Below, in pieces: positions 39,521 to 52,145 of a DNA stretch of 64,000 nt. The notes beneath the pieces were generated by a model that made no database searches, was not told where the DNA came from, and was given only the letters and a program-made list of their open reading frames with translations. The translations under genes were made by a program, and so were the position numbers. The stretch covers positions 434,001-498,000 of the forward strand of contig NIVC01000309.1 of assembly GCA_002269645.1 (NCBI GenBank), written 5' to 3'. The stretch comes from Macrostomum lignano (lineage: Eukaryota). Positions within the stretch are counted from its first letter, which is position 1. Every line of letters begins with the position of its first letter.

Positions 39521-40485
39521 GTGGTGGCCATCGTATCCATTCTGTTCATCGTCTTGGCCACCATGGGCCTCAGCCTGAATACCATCCCGGAGATCCAGTT
39601 CAACCACACCCGGTACGAAGGCCCCGTCAACAACACCCGCCTAGTGTGGTCCATGGAAGACAACCCGCACCTGGAGGTGGTGGAGGCCGCCTGCATCGTG
39701 TGGTTCACCCTGGAATTTGTGCTCAGATTCTGGGCCTCGCCGGACAAGTGCAAATTCATCAAAGGCCCGATGAACATCATCGACCTGATCGCGATCGTGC
39801 CCTACTACATATCCGTGATCCTCGTGCACAGCATGCAAGCGGAGGACACTGGCGAGTACTCCTCGCTGACCTCCGTGAGAAAGATTGTTCAAGTATTCCG
39901 CATCCTGCGCATCCTGCGGGTGCTGAAGCTGGCGCGGCACTCCACCGGGCTGAAGTCGCTGGGCTACACTCTGCACCAGAGCTACAAGGAGCTCGGCCTG
40001 CTCATCCTGTTCGTCCTCCTCGGCGTCCTGCTGTTCTCCAGCCTGGCCTACTTTGCCGAGAAAGACGAGCCCGAGCCAAACGAGTTCCGATCCATCCCGG
40101 CCACATTCTGGTGGGCAGCCATCACCATGACAACCGTTGGCTACGGAGACATTGTTCCTAGGACGTTTCTAGGAAAAATTATCGGCAGCGGCTGCTGCAT
40201 TTGCGGCGTGCTGGTGGTGGCGCTGCCAATCCCCATCATTGTGAACAACTTCGCCGAGTTCTACACGGAGCAGTCGCGCCGGGAGAAGGCGCAGCGCCGC
40301 ATGGAGGCAATGGAGTCGGCCAAACGCAAGGGCAGTCTGATGTCCGTGTCGTCCTTTATCCAGAAACGGCCCAGCGTGGACACCGGGCGCAGCGACGACG
40401 AAGACTTCAGCGAGTACAGCAGCGACTGTAGCGACAGCAGCGGCTGCAGCGGCAGAGACGTCAGAAACAACATGGCCTACTTTAA
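39521..40485 (+). CDS. Shab: Shab/Kv2, exon 2 (S1-S6, pore, proximal C-terminus)
   Basis: S4 [19 protein letters not shown], pore [16 protein letters not shown]6 [11 protein letters not shown]; donor aa|gtaggt. Confidence 0.95.
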
Positions 40486-40600
40486 GTAGGTTGCAACGCC
40501 AATGTCACTATTATTATAAAAGATGCCGAAAGTACAGTAGATTATCTACCATTCCTACTACTTGTTAGTAGGCAAAATATTTTATATTTTATAATTTCAG

Positions 40601-40718
40601 ATGCCGCAATAATAGCGGCGCAACCGTAGTTCAGCCGGCAACCTCTGTGGACATTGAGGCGGCGGCTGCGGCTGTGGGACGGCTGCTAGACGAAGCCAAC
40701 TCTAAAGCCGAAACTAAG
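40601..40718 (+). CDS. Shab: Shab/Kv2, exon 3
   Basis: atttcag acceptor, open frame in phase 2 to 0, donor gtgagg. Confidence 0.65.
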
Positions 40719-40779
40719 GTGAGGCTTAGCCTACGGCTCGTAGTACACCTGGTTGCAACAAAGCTGTGGACGGCAGAGG

Positions 40780-41490
40780 AGAGGAGCAGAGGAGATAGAG
40801 GATTCTGAGGGACGCTTGGAGCTGATAGCCAATCAGAGAGCAGAAGAGATAGAGGATTCTGAGGGACGCTTGGAGCTGATAGCCAATCAGAGAGCAGAAG
40901 AGATAGAGGATTCTGAGGGACGCTTGGAGCTGATAGCCAATCAGAGAGCAGAAGAGATAGAGGATTCTGAGGGACGCTTGGAGCTGATAGCCAATCAGAG
41001 AGCAGAAGAGATAGAGGATTCTGAGGGACGCTTGGAGCTGATAGCCAATCAGGGAGCAGAGGGGATAGAGGGTTCTGAAGAACCCTTGAAGCTGATAGCC
41101 AATCAGGGAGCAGAGGGGATAGAGGATTCTGGGGGACGCTTGGAGCTGATAGCCAATCAGAGAGCAGAGGGCAGAGGGGAAGAGGGTTTTGGGGGACGCT
41201 TGAAGCTGATAGCCAATCAGAGAGCAGAAGGGATAAAGGTTCTGGGGATGCTTGGAGCTGATAGCCAATCAGAGAGCAGAGGAGATAAATGATTCTGGGG
41301 GACGCTTGGAGCTGATAGCCAATCTGGGAGCAGGGATAGATAGTTCTGGAAGACGCTTGGAGCTGATAGCCAATCAGAGAGCAGAGGGGATAGAGGTTTC
41401 TGAAGAATACTTGGAGCTGATAGCCAATCAGAGAGCAGAGGGGATAGAGGGTTCTGAAGAACTCTTGGAGCTGATAGCCAATTAAGGAGC
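40780..41490. repeat. 54-bp minisatellite
   Basis: 18-aa periodic artefact ORF RAEEIEDSEGRLELIANQ. Confidence 0.95.
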
Positions 41491-41681
41491 AGACGTATAA
41501 AGGGTTCTGAGAGGGTTGGGTGGAGCTGATGGATGGTGGATGGAGCAGAGTTGGGTCAGCAATAGGATTGGGCTGAAGCTGAAGTCTAATAAGAGGCAGC
41601 AGCAGCTTTACAGAATTTCAAGAAATTTCGAGAAGTTCTCAGCTTTCCGTTTCAATTTTATTTACAAACCCCGTCAAGCAG

Positions 41682-42180
41682 CACATCGGCTTGTGCGTGG
41701 ACGACTCGGGCGATCCAAATCTGCAAGCTTCTCCGGCGCCTGTGGCCATTGCAACACCACAGTTGCCGAGGCCCCGACCGCCGCATCCACAGCTGCACCC
41801 ATTGAAGCTAGCGAAGCTGAACAGCCCGGGTGGCGACAGCGGAGACACTTTCGGCACCTGCAGCAGCAACCCGCAGAGTCCGCTGACGCCATCTGTCGCC
41901 GCCACCGCCGCCATCCCTGCCGTGGTCGTGCCGGTCTCGTCGGTGTTGCCGCCATCGATGACTCTTGAAGCTGGCGACGGCGGCGCTGGAACGCCGAAGT
42001 CGCGGCGTCGTCGGGATAGGATCAAGTTCGTTGAGCCGGCCACCGAGGATGGCGGCTGCTCGTACGCGTCCTCGCCGAGCGCCTCGCCTCTGCTGGGCAG
42101 CCTCGGCCGATTTTTCAGCGTCGGCAGCGGCGGTGGCGACGGCGGCAAGCGTCGGTCGGTCGACGCGACTGAATCGACCG
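41682..42180 (+). CDS. Shab: Shab/Kv2, exon 4 (C-terminal tail)
   Basis: NAGNAG acceptor (41679 or 41682), open frame, donor g|gtaagg. Confidence 0.65.
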
Positions 42181-42211
42181 GTAAGGGTCGATTGGGAATG
42201 ACTCTTTATGT

Positions 42212-42570
42212 TAGGGAAATCCCAAGCTCCCGATACACCAGAGAAATCCCAAGCATCTGGTTCCCCAGAGAAATCCCAAGCTCCCGATGCACCAGGGAAA
42301 TCCCAAGCTACCGATGCACCAGGGAAATCCCAAGCTCCCGATGCACCAGGGAAATCCCAAGCTACCGATGCACCAGGGAAATCCCAAGCTACCGATGCAC
42401 CAGGGAAATCCCAAGCTACCGATGCACCAGGGAAATCCCAAGCTACCGATGCACCAGGGAAATCCCAAGCTACCGATGCACCAGGGAAATCCCAAGCTAC
42501 CGATGCACAATGGAAATCTTGAGCTACCGATGCACCAGGAAAATCCCAAGCTACCGATGCACCAGGGAAA
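42212..42570. repeat. 27-bp minisatellite (gggaaatcccaagctaccgatgcacca)n
   Basis: Direct reading. Confidence 0.95.
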
Positions 42571-42934
42571 TCCTCAGAGTCAGATAAATCCCAAACAAGG
42601 GGAATTACCAAGACTCCAATGCATCAGTCGTTTGAGCTCATGTCAAAGACATTCCATTCCCCAACCAGAGCCGCCAGAAAATAATCCCATACAGAAAGTC
42701 GCCAGTGTCTGAGGTAAATAGGAGCTGTGATGAGATTATTTTCTAGAATTTTTATTTCTTTGTAAATGTTTTAACTCCGGTTTTGTCGATTTTTGTGTGA
42801 AATTCTTCTATATTAATCTGTCCTTTACGTTTTTATTCCTGTTTTGATTTTACCGGCTTCTATGCTAGCGCAGAACTGCTGTTTATATAATCCGTAGATT
42901 TCGTAGGAGTCAAGACTAGATGCAAAAGACGGCC

Positions 42935-43425
42935 AGAAGAGAGGAGAGATGAGATGAGATGAGAGGAGAGGAGAGGAGATGAGAGGAGAGGAAAGGAGAG
43001 GAGATGAAATGAAATGAGATGAGATGAGAGAAGAGAGTAAGTGCGATGCGATGAGAGGAGAGGAGATAAGAAGAGATGAGAGGAGATGAGATGAGAGGAG
43101 ATGAAATTAGATGGGATAAGATGAGAGGAGAGAGAGGAGAGGAGAGGAGAGGAGATGAGAGGAAAGGAGAAGAGAGGAGAGAGGAGAGGGAGAAGAGGAG
43201 AGGAGAGAGGAGAGGGAGAAGAGGAGAGGAGAGAGGAGAGGGAGAAGAGGAGAGGAGATGAAGGGAGAAGAAATGAGATGAGATGAGATGAGATGAGATA
43301 AGATGAGATGAGAGGAGAGAAGAGGAGAGATGAGATGAGAGGAGAGGAGAGATGAGAGAAGATGAGATGAGGGGAGAAGAAATGAGATGTGATGAGATGA
43401 GATGAGAAGCGTAGAGGAGACGAGA
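42935..43425. repeat. (GAGAT/GAGAG)n low complexity
   Basis: Direct reading. Confidence 0.9.
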
Positions 43426-43484
43426 GGAGAGCAAAGGAGAGTAGAGAAAAGGCCTGTCTCCCCACCGCAACTCTGCATCCTCAG

Positions 43485-43900
43485 ACCAGACCAGGCGACT
43501 ACTGCAGCCGCGGCATCATCATCAGCTTCTTCGCCCAACGCTGCCAGGTTGTCACAGCTCCAGCACCGGCGTCAGCCCGCTGACGTCGCCCAGCCAGCAG
43601 CGCCGGAGCCAGCAGCCGACCGGCATCCTGAAGCGGCACTCGTCAGCAGCCAAGATGTCGTCGATAGCAGAGAGCTGGGACACCGCCGGTGGGTCGCGTT
43701 TGATTCGCCGGCGTAGCATAGACGAACCGTCGACCATATCGCCGTCTAGCGTGGCGTGTACTTCTTCTAGCGCCACTCGAGCGGTGACCGCGGCGGCGAG
43801 AACTGCTACGAAAGCGAATGACAACCGACCCGAGCTGGCTACTACGGCGGATAGTGATGATGCGGCGGCGGCGGCAGCGGCGAAAACTCACGAAGATTGA
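43485..43900 (+). CDS. Shab: Shab/Kv2, terminal exon
   Basis: catcctcag acceptor, phase 1 fits, open to TGA (KTHED*). Confidence 0.62.
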
Positions 43901-44024
43901 CATGTGTACTTTTGTAGCTAATTGTAATGTACTTTAAGATCCAGTAAGTACATGTACAAATACAGCCAATTTAATTCCATGCAACTAGCGTGTGTGCACT
44001 GTACCATAATAAGCCCCATAACTA

Positions 44025-44435
44025 CTCCATATAGCTACCCCCATAGCTGTACCCCTTAGCTACCCCCATAGCTACTCCATGGCTACCCCCATAGCTGTAC
44101 TCCTTAGCTACCCCCATAGCTGTACTCCTTAGCTACCCCCATAGCTACCCCCATAGCTACTCCATGGCTACCCCCATAGCTGTACCCCTTAGCTACCCCC
44201 ATAGCTACTCCATGGCTACCCCCATAGCTGTACCCCTTAGCTACCCCCACAGCTACCCCTTAGTTACCCCCATGGCTACCCCTTAGCTACCCCTTAGCTA
44301 CCCCCGTAGCTACCCCCTAGCTAACCCTTTAGCTATACCCCCATGGCTACCCCATAGCTACTCCATGGCTACCCCTTTAGCTACCCCTTAGCTACCCCCA
44401 TAGCTACTCCATGGCTACTCATAGCTACCCCAATT
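44025..44435. repeat. (tagctacccc)-type degenerate repeat
   Basis: Direct reading. Confidence 0.9.
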
Positions 44436-45149
44436 GGTATTTTAATGGCCAGTTTGATCTTCTCTTTTTTTCAAGTGCGTCTTAATTATTTTTGTGTTTT
44501 GCTTGACACCTTTTGCCTTTAGAATTTACAAAAAATATTTGTTTCACTGTAAAATAACAACTAGACTGTAATGTTTAATTTATTTCAGAACACCAAATTT
44601 GCTTCCTTACTTTAGCCTGATTTGATGTTAAGTTTTTCTCGCTTTTAAGGAAGTTGAATGCGCATCGGGTATGGCGAAGCGTTATTATTTGCAGTGGAAA
44701 AAATTGTATAGACATTATAGTTTTAAGGTTGATACAATGCTGTCTACTATAATACAACGATTGATGTTAAGTGTTTTAATGCAAAATTTTCCTCAAAAAT
44801 AACCTTGGTAATTATGAGAGCACCAGAAGTACACTACTAATAGTAATTAAAGTGCCAATTCAGGTACAAATTTGAGATAAAATTGCAATAAAAATTCAAA
44901 TTTTGACTTCTTCATTTTCACATCTTGGAGCTTTTGTTGAGTGTGAGTTGAATTGAAGTCAGTTTTTTTGGTTTGATCCATCAAATAAATGTTTCTCATC
45001 AGAAGTCTACAGATTCCCATTAATATGGCATGTATATTTTTGTGTTGGACAGACAGTTTTAAACAGAAATCATTAACGAATAGTCACTGACGTTGAGACA
45101 TTTTATTGCATCAGTTGCAGCAGATGATCAATCGCAATTTTTCTGGTGA

Positions 45150-45760
45150 TCAGATTAGCAATCCATTCTAGCCCTGCAATCACATTGGCTAGATTAGCAA
45201 TCCATTCTAGCCACATTGGCTAGATTAGCAATCCATTCTAACCACATTGGCTAGATTAGCAATCCATTCTAACCACATTGGCTAGATTAGCAATCCATTC
45301 TAATCACATTGGCTAGATTAGCAATCCATTCTAACCACATTGGCTAGATTAGCAATCCATTCTAATCACATTGGCTAGATTAGCAATCCATTCTAACCAC
45401 ATTGGCTAGATTAGCAATCCATTCTAACCACATTGGCTAGATTAGCAATCCATTCTAGCCACATTAGCTAGATTAGCAATCCATTCTAACCACATTGGCT
45501 AGATTAGCAATCCATTCTAGCCCTGCAATCACATTGGCTAGATTAGCAATCCATTCTAGCCACATTGGCTAGATTAGCAATCCATTCTAGCCACATTGGC
45601 TAGATTAGCAATCCATTCTAGCCACATTAGCTAGATTAGCAATCCATTCTAACCACATTGGCTAGATTAGCAATCCATTCTAGCCCTGCAATCACATTGG
45701 CTAGATTAGCAATCCATTCTAGCCCTGCAATCACATTGGCTAGATTAGCAATCCATTCTT
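45150..45760. repeat. 31-bp minisatellite (gctagattagcaatccattctaaccacattg)n
   Basis: Direct reading. Confidence 0.95.
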
Positions 45761-46253
45761 TACAATAACCTACATAATATTAATAGCAATTTCATAGTTC
45801 ATGTAGAATGCAAAGCTAACAACAAATCAATGTATTAAAAAATCTGACTAACAAAATCACAATAGACTGCATAAGTATATATAAATATAAATATATTGAT
45901 TAATCGGAAAGAAATCAGTGCTGGAGATTTTTTGAGAACTAGTTAACAAAAAACATGCATTTAATTTCGACTTTGAATATGTCGCACAAATTTTAATCAC
46001 AAAGAAAGATAAAAAATCATTTCGGAGCATTGAATTTCTATGCATATATAATTTTTTTACTTTTCGATACATATCGGCTAGCCTATACCGAATAATAAAA
46101 ATATTAATTTTCGATACATATCGGCTAACCCATACTTTATAATTATAATGATAACTTTTGACGTATAGCAGCTAGCTTACCGGTATTATACTGTATAATT
46201 ACAACTTTCGATACATATCGGCTAGTATAGAATACAAATTTCCCAGTGAACAG

Positions 46254-46463
46254 TTACGCTTGCTTTCCCAGAGCTGCAGCCAGAAACTGTCTTTCTTGGC
46301 GCACGATTCTATCAACAAGCTGGGTCTCCTCAGTCGTCAGGGTTAGCACCGTTCGGCCTGACTCAGAGTTAATGGCGCTGTACACAGCGCGGAGCAGGCC
46401 GCGCGAATCGTATGTAATGTAGGGGCTTAGCAAGTCGTCTAGTATGCGCACGTCTAGATAAGC
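46254..46463 (-). CDS. EXOC2: Exocyst component 2, terminal exon
   Basis: AYLDVRILDDLLSPYIT (compare ARLEICALRDTVAVYLT); TAA stop. Confidence 0.85.
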   Translation of the reverse strand, partial: AYLDVRILDDLLSPYITYDSRGLLRAVYSAINSESGRTVLTLTTEETQLVDRIVRQERQFLAAALGKQA

Positions 46464-46521
46464 CTGTCGGATAGAAGAATAGGGGCGATTTGCAACTCGT
46501 GTCAATAATCAAATATAGTTG

Positions 46522-47070
46522 GCTGGAGATGGGGTAGCGGCAAGATCAAAGAGAGCTTGCTGGAGATGGGGTAGCGGCAAGATCAAAGAGAGCTGGCTGG
46601 AGATGGGGTAGCGGCAAGATCAAAGAGAGCTGGCTGGAGATGGGGTAGCGGCAAGATCAAAGAGAGTTTGCTGGAGATGGGGTAGCGGCAAGATCAAAGA
46701 GAGCTGGCTGGAGATGGGGTAGCGGCAAGATCAAAGAGAGCTGGCTGGAGATAGGGTAGCGGCAAGATCAAAGAGAGCTGGCTGGAGATAGGGTAGCAGC
46801 AAGATCAAAGAGAGCTGGCTGGAGATAGGGCAGCGGCAAGATCAAAGAGAGCTGGCTGGAGATATGGGGTAGCGGCAAGATCAAAGAGAGCTGGCTGGAG
46901 ATATGGGGTAGCGGCAGGATCAAAGAGAGCTGGCTGGAGATGGGGTAGCGGCAAGATCAAATAGAGTTGGCTGGAGATGGGGTAGCGGCAAGATCAGAGA
47001 GTTGACTGGAGATGGGGTAGCGGCAAGATCAGAGAGTTGGCTGAAGATGGGGTAGCGGCAAGATCAAACA
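46522..47070. repeat. 37-bp minisatellite, EXOC2 intron
   Basis: Direct reading. Confidence 0.95.
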
Positions 47071-47127
47071 TTAAGGGTGAAATGAAAACAGCCGAAAAAG
47101 ATTCTATTAATTAAAATCTAAAATCAC

Positions 47128-47537
47128 CTGCAGCCGGCCATTGCGACACCAGGCAGTCACGGAGGTGAAGCACCTGTGCAGCTCTTGAACTAGCAGACCC
47201 ACCACCTGCTTCAGCACGTCCTCAGCGTAAGCCCGACCGCCAACAAGCACGGATTGCTGCTGCAGTTGCTGCTGCTTTTGGCTCTCATCGGTGGTCGCAG
47301 TTAAAAAGCCGCCGCTGATCTCCGCCAGCACCTCGCCAACGGAGTGCAGCGCGTCGCGCACGTACAGACGAGGCGCTGCGGGTGGCGCGCACCTTGCCCA
47401 GGTGAAACCGGCGCGTAGCATTTTTGCTTCTAGGGGACCGTAGATTGCCCGGGCTTTCTCTTCGACGTAAGCGGCTTTGAGCTCGTCTAGGAAGGCGTCG
47501 TAGTAAGCGTTCACCTCTGCGGCCATCGACTCCAGGC
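47128..47537 (-). CDS. EXOC2: EXOC2 exon
   Basis: YVEEKARAIYGPLE...FTWARCAPPAAPRLYVRDAL...NGRLQ (compare [21 protein letters not shown]...NGALQ). Confidence 0.9.
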
Positions 47538-47544
47538 CTGGCGG

Positions 47545-47790
47545 GGTGGAAATGGCGACACGGCGAGGGTGAAAATGGCGGTATGGCAAGAGTGGAAATG
47601 GCGACACGGCGAGGGTGGAAATGGCGGTACGGCGAGAGTGGAAATGGCGACACGGCGAGGGTGGAAATGGCGGTATGGCGAGAGTGAAAATGGCGACACG
47701 GCGAGGGTAGAAATAGCGACAGTTGAAATGGCGACACGGCGAGGGTAGAAATAGCGACAGTTGAAATGGCGACACGGCGAAGGTGGAAAT
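47545..47790. repeat. 23-bp minisatellite filling an EXOC2 intron
   Basis: aaatggcgacacggcgagggtgg units. Confidence 0.92.
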
Positions 47791-47815
47791 AGCACACATA
47801 AACAAAGAGCTTTAC

Positions 47816-48113
47816 CCTCGTGACCCTCCGCCCGCAGCGAAGCTAGAATCCTCCTATTGGGATGCCGATAAGCGAAGCTGGCGTCGCACTGCACAGCCAG
47901 CAGGCGGCTGCACTGCTGAGTGGTCGGCTGCTGCTGCAATGGCTGCTGCGAAGAGCCGGTAGTCAACGAGGCGAAGCCGGAGACGGAAGCCGACGAGGCA
48001 ACCGAAGGCGAGGCGGCTACGGCGCGGAGCTGCTTGCGTAGCCGGTCGCAAAAGCTGCACATCAGGGTTGACACGGCGGCGCGGATATGCGGGCCCCAGC
48101 GAACTCGGGTGAC
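47816..48113 (-). CDS. EXOC2: EXOC2 exon
   Basis: ttcccag acceptor, G|gtaaag donor, phases consistent with neighbours. Confidence 0.75.
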
Positions 48114-48324
48114 CTGGGAATGCAGGTTGAGTCAAGCTGGATTAAAGATGATCTGCTAGCACAGGAGTTGGCAAACTCCGGCCCGTGGGCTCAATGCGGC
48201 CAGCCAAGCCTCTCTATATGGCCCGCTCTGTTGCTCAAGGTTTATGTCTCTTCGCGGCTCACTTTCACTTCTCTTCTCTCTTCTCTTTCTCCTCTTATCT
48301 CTCTTCTCTCATCTCGTCAATCAT

Positions 48325-48564
48325 CTTTTACTACTACTACTACTGCTACTACTACTACTGCTACTGCTACTGCTACTACTACCACTGCTACTACCACTAC
48401 TATTGCTACCACTAATAATAATGCTACTACTACTACTACTACTACTAATACTACTACTACTACTACTGCTACTACTACTGCTACTACTACTGCTACTACT
48501 ACTGCTACTACTACTAATACTACTACTGCTACTACTACTACTACTGCTACTACTACTAATACTG

Positions 48565-48624
<60 letters not shown>

Positions 48625-48755
48625 ATACTGCTACTATTACTACTACTACTACTACTACTGCTACTACCACTACTGCTACTACCACTACTACTACTACTGC
48701 TACTACCACTACTGCTACTACTGCTACTACTACTACTACCACTACTGCTACTACT
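48325..48755. repeat. (CTA)n trinucleotide array, intronic
   Basis: Begins at the donor gtgagt on the minus strand. Confidence 0.95.
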
Positions 48756-48758
48756 CAC

Positions 48759-49649
48759 CTCGAACGGCAGCTCAATTTCGTTAGCCGAGTGCAGGCATTC
48801 GGCCAGCAGAGTTAGAAAATCGTTCACTAATTTTTCGTACACCAACGGCAGCTGACTGTGCGACCCGTCCGCCGTGGCCGAAGCAGCCGACGCTCCGGAC
48901 GGCACCGGCCAGTCGTCCGAGCCACGCAAGCCAGCCACCTCGGCCGCGTATTGGCGCTTTAGCCGACTCAAATAGCGCAACCTGAGCCGGGAGGTCAGCC
49001 TAGCCAGCTGCTTGGCCGCCTCAGGACCGATCAGTTGCGGCGACACCCCGGCCAGATTCTGCCGCATCGCCCGACACTCAGCGCCGGCGTCGTCGATTTT
49101 AGTTGACTGCTGCTGCTGTTGCTTATCGTCGTCATTGTCGGCGCCGGCGTCTCCGTAATCATCGATCTCGTCTATATTGCTAATCTCTTCATCGTCATAA
49201 TCGTCTTCAGTGGCAGCAGAAGAAGCAGAATCTTCGCCAGCTAACCGGAGCCGGCTTCGCTGCAGATTAACCCAGCTAATCGCCAGGTCACCAAGCGGAT
49301 CTGTGCCGCTGCCGATGCCGCCGATGCCAGCCTGCTGCAGTTCGCCAATCAGCCTGGCATAGTGGCGAAGAAACTCGCCAAGCGGACGGCGTCGCCACCA
49401 GCCGGCCAAGTAGCGCTGCCTCAGGTAGGCTAAACTATCCTCAGCGGCTTTGGCTGCGCCGAGTCTCTGCAGCTGCCTGACTAAATAGGCGTGCTGATCC
49501 ACTGGCAGGGGGCCGTCCGACTGAGCAGCGGACGCTGAGCCGTGACTGCTGCTATCATCGTCAAGCTGCTGCTGCTGCTGCTGCTGAGGCGTCGGCGGCA
49601 TCAGCCGGTTGAGCAGCTGTCTGCGCAGCACCGTTGCTCGCGATTCTAC
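48759..49649 (-). CDS. EXOC2: EXOC2 exon
   Basis: VESRATVLRRQLLNRL (compare VETRIEALRELLLDKL); 891 nt, phase 0-0. Confidence 0.85.
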
Positions 49650-49777
49650 CTGCGGTACGATTTTGAGTTTAACATCATTTCGATACATATCGGTAAGTAG
49701 TACATTATTTTTACAGCTAACTACTGCTCAAAGCAATTCTGCCCATTCCGTTGACTCCTAAGCACATACAAGCGCAT

Positions 49778-49917
49778 GAATGAATGAATGAATGAGCTGA
49801 AGCAATACAGAGTTAAGTGCCTTGCACAACGACACAATTTGTTACAGTGGGATCGGGAAGCGAACCCTCGACCTTCAAGACGCGAGTCCGACGCTCTAAC
49901 CACTAGGCTACAACCCC
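49778..49917 (-). mobile_element. Truncated tRNA-derived SINE, same type as 29691
   Basis: GGGGTTGTAGCCTAGTGG...GGGTTCGCTTCC...TGTGCAAGGCACTTAACTCT followed by (TCAT)n. Confidence 0.75.
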
Positions 49918-49919
49918 TA

Positions 49920-50128
49920 ATAAACTGACTAACAAACAAGCTGACTAATTAACTGACTAACTAACTAACCAACTAAGTAACCAACTACGAGCGTAACTAA
50001 TTAACTAATTAACTAATCAACCAACTAACTAACTGAGTAACTAGCTATCTAACTAACTAACTAACTAGCTAACTAACTAACTAGCTAACCAACCAACTAA
50101 CTAACTAAATAACTGAGTAACTAGCTAT

Positions 50129-50192
<64 letters not shown>

Positions 50193-50288
50193 ATAACTGA
50201 GTAACTAGCTATCTAACTAACTAACTAACTAACTCACTGAGTAACTAGCTATCTATCTAACTAACTAACTCACTGAGTAACTAGCTAT

Positions 50289-50322
<34 letters not shown>

Positions 50323-50416
50323 CACTGAGTAACTAGCTATCTAACTAACTAACTAACTAACTAACTGAGTAACTAGCTATCTAACTAACTAACTAACTCA
50401 CTGAGTAACTAGCTAT

Positions 50417-50450
<34 letters not shown>

Positions 50451-50468
50451 CACTGAGTAACTAGCTAT

Positions 50469-50535
<67 letters not shown>

Positions 50536-50560
50536 GCTACCTACCTACCTACCTAACTAA
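49920..50560. repeat. (CTAA)n microsatellite with interruptions
   Basis: Direct reading. Confidence 0.95.
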
Positions 50561-50592
50561 TACCTAACTAAAGGCACACAGAAAAAACAAAC

Positions 50593-50925
50593 CTGCTCCC
50601 AAACTCGCAGAAAAGTCGGCACCCGAGTTGAGCCGTAGCGCGCCTTGCCGCGCAGGTATTCGTCAATAGCCAGCTTGTGGTTGCCAGCTCGCATGTGGGC
50701 ATCCAGCACGCCAGGCAGGTTGAACAGGCCCCTGGATTTCTCCATCACGTGAATCGCATTCCTCAGGGTGTCGGTGTGATCTTTGCGATTCAGAGCCGCT
50801 TGGAACAGTTCCCCAGCGATCCGATTGCAGTCGCGCAGCAGCCGCTGCGTGTCCAGACAGTGCGACTGCAGCTGGCTTTGCTCTTGCTCGGCTACGCGGC
50901 GAAGGCTGTCGAGCTCGTCCAGGCC
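50593..50925 (-). CDS. EXOC2: EXOC2 exon
   Basis: RKDHTDTLRNAIHVMEKSRGLFNLP (compare [25 protein letters not shown]). Confidence 0.93.
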
Positions 50926-50939
50926 CTGGACAGCACAGT

Positions 50940-51085
50940 GGAGGATAGTCATTGGATGATAGTCATTGGATGGTAGTCATTGGATGGTAGTCATTGGAGG
51001 ATAGTCATTGGATGGTAGTCATTGGATGGTAGTCATTGGAGGATAGTCATTGGATGGTAGTCATTGGATGGTAGTCATTGGAGGA
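50940..51085. repeat. 14-bp minisatellite (ggatggtagtcatt)n
   Basis: Direct reading. Confidence 0.92.
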
Positions 51086-51164
51086 TAGAGAACATTTATC
51101 AATAGCATCTGAATAATCAAGAGCCAGGTTTTTAAGGTCTAATATATCGGTTGGGAACATACGG

Positions 51165-52145
51165 AGAATCGGAGAGAGACGGTGGGGATCCGGAGAGGGA
51201 CAGGTGGGGATCCGGAGAGAGACAGGTGGGGATACGGAGAGGGACAGGTGAAGATCCGAAAAGAGACAGGTGGGGATCCGGAGAGGGACAGGTGGGGATC
51301 CGGAGAGGGACAGGTGAGGATCCGGAGAGGGGCAGGTGGAGATCCGAAAAGAGACAGGTGGGGATCCGGAGAGAGACAGGTGGGGATCCGGAGAGGGGCA
51401 GGTGGGGATCCGAAAAGAGACAAGTGGGGATCCGGAGAGAGACAGGTGGGGATCCGGAGAGGGACAGGTGAGGATCCGGAGAGGGACAGGTGGGGATCCG
51501 GAGAGGGGCAGGTGGGGATCCGAAAAGAGACAGATGGGGATCCGGAGAGGGACAGGTGGGGATCCGGAGAGGGACAGGTGGGGATCCGGAGAGGGACAGG
51601 TGGGGATCCGGAGAGGGGCAGGTGGGGATCCGAAAAGAGACAGATGGGGATCCGGAGAGGGACAGGTGGGGATCCGGAGAGGGACAGGTGGGGATCCGGA
51701 GAGGGACAGGTGGGGATCCGGAGAGGGACAGGTGGGGATCCGGAGAGGGACAGGTGGGGATCCGGAGAGAGACAGGTGGGGATACGGAGAGGGACAGGTG
51801 AAGATCCGAAAAGAGACAGGTGGGGATCCGGAGAGAGACAGGTGGGGATCCGGAGAGGGACAGGTGAGGATCCGGAGAGGGGCAGGTGGAGATCCGAAAA
51901 GAGACAGGTGGGGATCCGGAGAGAGACAGGTGGGGATCCGGAGAGGGGCAGGTGGGGATCCGAAAAGAGACAGATGGGGATCCGGAGAGGGACAGGTGGG
52001 GATCCGGAGAGGGACAGGTGGGGATCCGGAGAGGGACAGGTGGGGATCCGGAGAGGGACAGGTGGGGATCCGGAGAGGGACAGGTGGGGATCCGGAGAGG
52101 GACAGGTGGGATCCGAAAAGAGACAGGTGGGGATCCGGAGAGGGA
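51165..52145. repeat. 22-bp minisatellite (ggggatccggagagggacaggt)n
   Basis: Direct reading. Confidence 0.95.

Noticed and set aside
42560-42720. Possible extra Kv exon before gtaaat
   Set aside because: The phase-compatible frame contains a stop.
48244-48855. Poly-Leu/Thr/Val/Ser ORFs, including the poly-Ser tail of the 455-aa ORF
   Set aside because: (CTA)n intron sequence; a gtgagt donor at 48758 removes it.
49845-49917. Functional tRNA gene
   Set aside because: Poor acceptor and anticodon stems, and it continues into the SINE body shared with 29691.
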